DNA of 33,090 nucleotides from Planctomycetota bacterium (GTDB lineage: Bacteria > Planctomycetota > Phycisphaerae > WQYP01). The first letter of the stretch is position 1. Each line of letters starts with the position of its first letter. The notes beneath the pieces are model-generated. The model ran no database searches. It was given only the letters and a program-made list of their open reading frames with translations, and was not told where the DNA came from. Positions 27,313 to 33,090 of this stretch are shown here, piece after piece. The DNA is taken from assembly GCA_023489375.1 (NCBI GenBank), contig JAMDCX010000100.1, positions 773 through 33,862 on the forward strand, read 5' to 3'. The translations under genes were made by a program, and so were the position numbers.

Positions 27313-29451
27313 TTAAATACGCCGCCGCGCCACATACACCATTAAACCAATGGCCACGGCCAAAATCGCCGGCATGGCAAAACTGGACAGGCGAACCAAG
27401 GCTTCTTCACTGCCGCTCATGCGTTCAATACGCAAAGCTACGGTAGCACGCGGGCTGGCCGCAATCAGATGCGATTGGTGCGCCAACCAGTAAATGCTGT
27501 TCATGAACAATTCCGCGTTACCCGGAAAATTGGAAATCATGGTCAAAGCGCCATTGGCGATCGCCGGAGTTCCGGAATTGATCAACTGGTCGGTGATAAA
27601 CATCACATTGCCGATGGCAATGATGCGCCGCCCACCCTTGCTGGCCATCACTCCCAGGGGCACGGGAGATTTGAGATCGGCGGAGGGATTAAACGCCGCA
27701 TCTGGCGCCGCCGGCTGCGTTTGTCCAAAAATATCCGGACTGGACGCGGTTTGCAGAAATACGCTGGTCCGTACGCCCTGCGGCTGCGGCACCATGGTGC
27801 CGACATACGTAGGCGAGAGAATAAAGGCCCCATTTTGCGCCGGCGCTCCGGCAAGCATGGTGGCCAGCGATTCCACGGGTTTCGTGATGATGGTATCCGG
27901 GTAACTACTGATTTGAATTTGCGGTACATCCACATGCTGACCGCCCTGCACAGCCATACGCTGTACTACCTGATACGTACTGCGTAAACGAACTCCATAA
28001 CCCGCCAAAATGCTTTTGTAGGGAATCTGTCCCTGGGTCATCATCATTAACTGCGGCGGCATGGCGCTGAGTAAAAACAGCGCATTGCCGCCATCCGCCA
28101 GCTGCACACTGATTTTCTGCTCCAGCAGAGAATAGATCATGGCTCCCATTTGCGCCATCTGACCCGATGGCGGTAAATCCAGAATCACCCAGATGACACC
28201 TTTTCCGATAGCCGGCGGTGTTTCACTGCTGGTCGGCGATTGTGGATTGCCGCCCGGTCCGGGCGACCACTGATATACTTTGAAGTTATTTTGCCGCAGC
28301 ATTTTCGCCGCCGCCGAAAATGGTCCGCCCGCGGAAATAAGATTCATGGCATTGGCACTGACAAAGACGACTTTGGTGCGGTGGGTTTCCGTCATGGCCA
28401 GGAGGGCGGAATTCACCGCTTGTTCGCCTTGAAAGAGATACTGTACACGCCCCAGGCCGGCATTTCCCTGCGGTATAAACAACTTATCACGCCGCAGCAC
28501 CTGAACCGTCCGGGGTCCAATGACTATTAAACTGTCGGCCCGCAGCGCACTTAATACATGGCTGGATTTTACGGGTTTCAGGCCGTTGAGAAGGTCCATA
28601 TAGGCTTTTATTTTCGCGGCTTGTGCGGCCAGCAGGCCGGCATCTTGTTTTAGAAGTTTCTGCACCAGCGGACTGAAGGCGGACAGAACATTCTTCTTGC
28701 TTAAGGCCTCAAACTGCTGGCGTATACTGCGGAGATTGGAGACCAGAGACCCCGTCAGCTCTGGCCAGTCCGGCAGCGGATTTTTCCGCGTCGCCGCAAC
28801 TTTTCTCTCAAGACGCTCGACCAGTCGCGGTACCCCGGCACTGCGGCTGAAGCTCAATTGCAGGGTGGCAAAATTCTGCGATTGATCGCTGGTGGTGGCC
28901 ACAGCCGGGTTGTTGGCCAGGGCGTTAATTTTCTTCGCTTCCGAGGTCGAGAAGGTGATCAGTTCCGCGGCCAGGGGTGTGAATTGATTTACCACTTGCC
29001 GGTAGGAAGCAAACTGTCCGCCAAAACGCCTGCGTATTTTCAACTTCAAGTCGTTAAGTGTGGCGGGCTTGTATTGAACAATATGAGAAGATTGGTCCGT
29101 ATACTCGCGGATGAGGCGTTGAATTTTCAAGCCCTGGGCGCGTTCCCCGGGGTCCGCGTCCAGGGAAGTTGGAAATTCATTAACCAGGTAAAACTTTTTT
29201 CCGGTCTTATCCACGAGCTTCAACAAATCCAGGGTTTTGGGCGACAGCGAATATATGCCGCCGGTGGTGCAGTCTTTGGAATAGTTAAAGCGTACCGACA
29301 GCCAATCCACAAACACCACGACCAGCACCGCCGCGATTATCAGAATTGCGGTGTTGGAACCATAAATGGATCGGCGTTTACCGGCATTCCAGACCGGCTT
29401 TCCGGTTGTGGGGGTCCCCGTCGGTTTGTCTTTATTGTCTATGTGCGCCAT
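27313..29451 (-). CDS. GldG-like auxiliary component of an ABC-type transport system (ABC_transp_aux-like)
   Basis: 712 aa. An N-terminal TM (AILIIAAVLVVVFVDWL) and a C-terminal TM (FAMPAILAVAIGLMVYVARRRI) bracket a large extracytoplasmic domain. The gene follows the ABC-2 permease with a 43-nt gap. Confidence 0.65.
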   Translation of the reverse strand: MAHIDNKDKPTGTPTTGKPVWNAGKRRSIYGSNTAILIIAAVLVVVFVDWLSVRFNYSKDCTTGGIYSLSPKTLDLLKLVDKTGKKFYLVNEFPTSLDADPGERAQGLKIQRLIREYTDQSSHIVQYKPATLNDLKLKIRRRFGGQFASYRQVVNQFTPLAAELITFSTSEAKKINALANNPAVATTSDQSQNFATLQLSFSRSAGVPRLVERLERKVAATRKNPLPDWPELTGSLVSNLRSIRQQFEALSKKNVLSAFSPLVQKLLKQDAGLLAAQAAKIKAYMDLLNGLKPVKSSHVLSALRADSLIVIGPRTVQVLRRDKLFIPQGNAGLGRVQYLFQGEQAVNSALLAMTETHRTKVVFVSANAMNLISAGGPFSAAAKMLRQNNFKVYQWSPGPGGNPQSPTSSETPPAIGKGVIWVILDLPPSGQMAQMGAMIYSLLEQKISVQLADGGNALFLLSAMPPQLMMMTQGQIPYKSILAGYGVRLRSTYQVVQRMAVQGGQHVDVPQIQISSYPDTIITKPVESLATMLAGAPAQNGAFILSPTYVGTMVPQPQGVRTSVFLQTASSPDIFGQTQPAAPDAAFNPSADLKSPVPLGVMASKGGRRIIAIGNVMFITDQLINSGTPAIANGALTMISNFPGNAELFMNSIYWLAHQSHLIAASPRATVALRIERMSGSEEALVRLSSFAMPAILAVAIGLMVYVARRRI

Positions 29452-29494
29452 AAGAAATTAAATCTCCGATCATGCGTTGTTCGTGGTACGTCGG

Positions 29495-30301
29495 TTATCT
29501 CCATTTGCGACTTTCCAGCACAATGTAGGTCAGGAATAAAAACAGCCCGGCTCCGGAGAGAAAAAATACGACATTTCGGCTGTCGACCAGGCCGCGGGAA
29601 AAGTTGACCATGTGCGGTTCAATAGCCAGATAACGCAACACATGCCGCAGCGTTCGCAACCAGGCCCAGGAAACACCCAGGGCTGCGCCGAGAAAATACG
29701 AGATTGCCTGGAACAGAATGCCCAGCGCCACCAGGGTGACACAACTGCTCATGGCGGCGAGTATCTGGTGTTGCGTACAGGCGGAGAAAAATAAACCAAT
29801 GGCCACCATCAGCAAGCCCATCAGGAACAGCCCCAGGTAACTGGTCAGCACGGTCATATAATCCGGTCGGCCGAACAAAGACAGAATAATTATAAAAATC
29901 AGGCTGGAGGCAATAACCACGCAATAAAAGCCCATGGCCCCCAGAAATTTTCCCAGCAGCAGCTGCCAATCCGTAATGGGGCTGGTGCGGAGCGTTTCAA
30001 TACGACCGGATCTGTATTCCTCGGAAAAAAGGGACATGGTCATAAACGGCACTACGAATATTAAAATCAGGTGGTTCCATTGAAACATGGGGCCGGGATC
30101 GGCAATGGCCCCCGGCTGCATGACCAGCAACGCAAACAGCAATCCCACAAAAAGCAGATAAATCGCCAGAACGATATATCCAATGGGGGAATAGAAAAGT
30201 CCTGAAATTTCACGTTTGGCCAGCGCCAGAACTGTTGACATATCTAATTCTCCATACCACTTCACCACGGTTCTGTTCATCTTCCGGTGGTGAATATGCA
30301 A
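29495..30301 (-). CDS. ABC-2 type transporter permease (GldF-like)
   Basis: About six hydrophobic helices. The gene lies 6 nt downstream of the ATPase gene. The likely true start is the ATG at 30241 (MSTVLALAKREISG). Confidence 0.8.
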   Translation of the reverse strand: MHIHHRKMNRTVVKWYGELDMSTVLALAKREISGLFYSPIGYIVLAIYLLFVGLLFALLVMQPGAIADPGPMFQWNHLILIFVVPFMTMSLFSEEYRSGRIETLRTSPITDWQLLLGKFLGAMGFYCVVIASSLIFIIILSLFGRPDYMTVLTSYLGLFLMGLLMVAIGLFFSACTQHQILAAMSSCVTLVALGILFQAISYFLGAALGVSWAWLRTLRHVLRYLAIEPHMVNFSRGLVDSRNVVFFLSGAGLFLFLTYIVLESRKWR

Positions 30302-30307
30302 TTTCCA

Positions 30308-31276
30308 TCATGCCGCCGCCGCAGCGCCCGGATCAGTAATTTGAACGAAAAACTCTTCCAAGCTCGCCCCGCTGCTGCGCATTTCCCGCAAGGCCCAGCC
30401 CCGCTGCTGAATTAACGCCGCCATCTGCTCCCGCAGGGCGCCATCCAGTTTGCCCGTCAATTCCAGCGTGGCTACGGTCGTATCGGAAATTATCCGAACC
30501 TGATCCACCCCCGGCAAGGCCGCCAGGGCAGAGCGTATCTGATCCGCGGGACCGCGTATTTCCAGCACCAGCTTCGCCCCGGCTCCGCGTTGGGCACATT
30601 GCTGTTTTAATTCTTCCGGCGAGCCCTGAGCCAGAATTTTTCCGCGCCCGATGATAATAACTTTCTGACACACCAATTCCACTTCCGAGAGTATATGCGT
30701 GGACAGCAGCACCGTATGCATCCCCGCCAGATTGGCGATTAATTTGCGCGTTTCACGAATTTGCGCGGGATCCAGCCCCACCGTCGGTTCATCCAATATC
30801 AGCACGGGAGGGTTGTGCAATAACGCATCGGCGATTCCCAACCGTTGCCGATAGCCTTTTGAGAGCTTGGAAATGGGCCACCGCCGGCGATCCGCCAGCC
30901 AGCATAGTTCTGTAACTTCAGCAATCCGCTCTTTGAGACGCGATCGATCCATACCGCGCAACCGTCCGCGGAATTGCAGATATTCCGCGACACGCATTTC
31001 CATATACACGGGGGCATTTTCCGGCAGATACCCCAGATGGCTCCGCACCTTTAATGAATCATGAAAAACATCAAAACCCGCCACGCGCGCCGACCCGCTG
31101 GTGGGCGGCATAAAACAGGTCAGCATACGGATGGTCGTGGTTTTTCCCGCACCGTTCGGCCCTAAAAAACCCACCACCATGCCTTTGGGTACCGCAAAGC
31201 TGATGTTATCCACGGCTAAAAATTTGCCGTAGGCTTTCGTCAATTCTTCGGCGACGATTTCCGCGGGTTGCGACAT
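30308..31276 (-). CDS. ABC transporter ATP-binding protein (ABC-2/GldA-like exporter type)
   Basis: Walker A GPNGAGKTTT, signature LSKGYRQRLGIA, Walker B VLILDEPTVGLD, H-loop STHIL. Confidence 0.92.
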   Translation of the reverse strand: MSQPAEIVAEELTKAYGKFLAVDNISFAVPKGMVVGFLGPNGAGKTTTIRMLTCFMPPTSGSARVAGFDVFHDSLKVRSHLGYLPENAPVYMEMRVAEYLQFRGRLRGMDRSRLKERIAEVTELCWLADRRRWPISKLSKGYRQRLGIADALLHNPPVLILDEPTVGLDPAQIRETRKLIANLAGMHTVLLSTHILSEVELVCQKVIIIGRGKILAQGSPEELKQQCAQRGAGAKLVLEIRGPADQIRSALAALPGVDQVRIISDTTVATLELTGKLDGALREQMAALIQQRGWALREMRSSGASLEEFFVQITDPGAAAAA

Positions 31277-31471
31277 TCATTTCTCCTCATAACCGTTATT
31301 TTTCAAGCCCCCCTTATTCCGTCGGGGATTCCACCGCCCCTTTTACTACATGGAGCCATACGAATTGTCAAACATTCCGGTTTGCTATTTCCATTCCGAC
31401 GGTTCCCATGGACATCGGTATTGGCGGTTGCCCACCGCCTTGCCTTTGGGCCTCTTTACGCAACTTCCGTA

Positions 31472-32845
31472 TCATCTCCGGCGGCGTGTCGGAAAACGTC
31501 CGGAAAGGGGACGTCGAGCCGTGGCTGGAGCGGCGGTGAAAGACGTTGGAGCATAGCCGTCGGTGGCGGCCGGGGCTGGAGACATGGCCAAGGAAACACC
31601 GTCCGCCACGGGCGTATCGGTATGGGACGATTCCATACTGCCTGGCGCCGCGGAGCCGGGACGTTTGCTGGGTTCCAAGGACGGCATAAAACCAGGAATT
31701 CTATATTCTTCCAGCAGGCGATTGATGAGTTTCTCAATCTCCGTCTGCTGTTGCGCCTGTCCGATGGAAACAAACGTAAAAGCCTTACCAGTGGCCCCCA
31801 TGCGTGCGGTGCGCCCCACACGATGTACATACGCTTCAGGATCTTCCGGAACATCATAATTTATGACATGGCTGATCTCATGAACATCGATGCCACGGCT
31901 GGCCAGATCCGTAGCTACCAGAACGTTGATTTTTCCGGTGCGAAATCCGCGCATGACCCGCTCACGCTGAGTTTGCATCAAATCCCCATGGATGGGGGAG
32001 GCGTTGACACCGCGTTCGCACAGGGCATGGGCGACTTTATCGACGCTGCGTTTCGTGCGGCAGAAAACGATAGCCAGTGTTGGCCGCTCATGCTGGAGCA
32101 ACAAACGCAAGGCCCTCAATTTATCCCACGGTTGTACACCGACAACATATTGTACCGCCTCCGGATTGGTGAGTGTTTCATCGGCCCTGGCGGTAAAAAA
32201 ACGTTGCGGATGATTCATGTGCTGCTGTACCATTCGCTCAATTTCATCATTGATGGTGGCGGAAACAAAAATGGTTTGCCGCGGACTTTTACACAAGGAT
32301 AGTATCTTGCGCACATCATCGCGGAAGCCGATATCAAACATCCGATCTACTTCGTCAAATACAACGAATTTCATATTGCCCAGCGGCAGATAGCCGCGTT
32401 CATTAAGATCCAGAATACGGCCCGGCGTACCCACCACAACGTATGGATGGCGCTCCAGCAGTTTGATTTGATGCTGAATTTTTTGTCCGCCATAGACCAC
32501 GACCATGTGGTAGGGTTTATGCCGGGCGAAGCGCACCATTTCGGCTTCCACCTGAATGGCCAACTCGCGGGTCGGTGTGACTATCAGTGCTTGCAGAGGT
32601 TGGGCGGGGTCCAGCCTCTGCAAAATAGGCAGACCAAAAGCGGCGGTCTTACCGGTACCGGTCCGCGCCTGCCCGATAACATCCGCACCCGTCAGTGCCG
32701 CGGGAATCATCAGTTGCTGAATCTCTGATGGCGCAACAAAGCGCAATTCATTGAGAGCCATGACCAGAGCCGGTTCCAATCCCAAGGCGGTAAAGGCGTT
32801 AGACGATTCGGTTAGTGACATGCGATCCTTGCTGATTTCTTTCAT
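31472..32845 (-). CDS. DEAD-box ATP-dependent RNA helicase with an Arg-rich C-terminal tail
   Basis: Q-motif region FTALGLEPALVMALNELRFVAPSEIQ, motif I ARTGTGKTAAF, Ia PTRELA, motif II as VFDEVDRM (DEVD variant), III SAT, VI HRVGRTARMG. Confidence 0.92.
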   Translation of the reverse strand: MKEISKDRMSLTESSNAFTALGLEPALVMALNELRFVAPSEIQQLMIPAALTGADVIGQARTGTGKTAAFGLPILQRLDPAQPLQALIVTPTRELAIQVEAEMVRFARHKPYHMVVVYGGQKIQHQIKLLERHPYVVVGTPGRILDLNERGYLPLGNMKFVVFDEVDRMFDIGFRDDVRKILSLCKSPRQTIFVSATINDEIERMVQQHMNHPQRFFTARADETLTNPEAVQYVVGVQPWDKLRALRLLLQHERPTLAIVFCRTKRSVDKVAHALCERGVNASPIHGDLMQTQRERVMRGFRTGKINVLVATDLASRGIDVHEISHVINYDVPEDPEAYVHRVGRTARMGATGKAFTFVSIGQAQQQTEIEKLINRLLEEYRIPGFMPSLEPSKRPGSAAPGSMESSHTDTPVADGVSLAMSPAPAATDGYAPTSFTAAPATARRPLSGRFPTRRRR

Positions 32846-32919
32846 ATATCATCATGTTTATCATACGACTTCGCCGGCAGGGGTCAACCTGATATACCTT
32901 CCGCCGGCCAAAGGCAATC

Positions 32920-32934
32920 GGTAACCGTTCACGG
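32920..32934 (+). repeat. Intergenic motif copy (GGTAACCGTTCACGG)
   Basis: 14/14 match to consensus. It lies 75 nt from the helicase start codon. Any facing partner would lie beyond the window end. Confidence 0.85.
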
Positions 32935-33090
32935 CCTTGCGGTCAGTCAGACTCCCAACGAGTCTAGTGCTCTGTCACGCCTACAAATTAGGGTTGATTG
33001 GCGGCAAACGCTCCAGATGCAAGAAGCCGCGGTGAAAACTGGGTCCGTTGACCCTTTGAACCGCGGCGACGCCGCAGATGGGGCGTTGGC

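Noticed and set aside
31286-31305. ATAACCGTTATTTTT just upstream (gene sense) of the ABC ATPase start, as a further motif copy
   Set aside because: It matches only 8-9 positions and overlaps the ribosome-binding region (AGGAG) of the ATPase gene. This is too weak to count.
31268-32302. Long + strand ORFs in the track, for example 31268..32302 (344 aa), 3959..4786, 2351..3037, 17134..17859, 28858..29607 and 5051..5644
   Set aside because: Each lies antisense to a minus-strand ORF with clear family motifs (helicase, AhcY, SecA, the 1128-aa protein, the GldG-like protein, the SahR-like protein). Their translations are Arg/Gly/His-rich with no recognisable motifs, so they are shadow ORFs.
33017-33090. 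Possible start of a + strand CDS (ATG at 33017: MQEAAVKTGSVDPLNRGDAADGAL...) running off the window end; minus-strand frames are also open here
   Set aside because: Only about 24 codons are visible with no recognisable motif, so the call cannot be supported.

Overview
The window reads as core chromosome of a Gram-negative bacterium. Gene content suggests the PVC superphylum (Planctomycetota/Verrucomicrobiota-like): a SecA longer than 1170 aa, a small basic protein, a DUF4175-like giant protein and a GldG/DUF4340 ABC module. That placement is inference only; nothing was searched against a database. I support 19 CDSs: secA (partial, missing from the ORF track because it runs off the window edge), a SahR-like regulator with ahcY, a small basic protein, a PLD/Nuc-family protein, an M48 peptidase, an LptD-like protein followed by a beta-barrel OMP, a 1128-aa membrane protein, a HAD hydrolase, an APC permease fused to a Usp domain, an IscA/ErpA-type protein, ruvA, ruvB, a four-gene ABC / ABC-2 permease / GldG-like / DUF4340-like module, and a DEAD-box helicase. 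I found no rRNA, tRNA, CRISPR array, transposase, integrase, reverse transcriptase or recognisable defence gene, so I cannot point to a novel protein-encoded system. The unusual signal is non-coding. Several spacers of 340-700 bp carry a family of repeats. (1) A 14-nt motif, GTAACCGTTCACGG, often with an A-rich 5' flank, occurs at least 11 times. All copies are intergenic and they usually form facing (+ ... -) pairs at the edges of spacers. (2) A ~145-bp module occurs in three copies and contains a conserved GC hairpin. (3) A second ~100-130-bp module occurs twice. (4) A shared heptamer array occurs at two loci. (5) There are phased GTAACC sub-repeats and long perfect inverted repeats. The function is unknown. 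Candidate explanations are MITE-like elements with terminal inverted repeats, a boundary or operator site for a DNA-binding protein, or structured RNA. Most + strand ORFs in the track that overlap these genes are antisense shadows.
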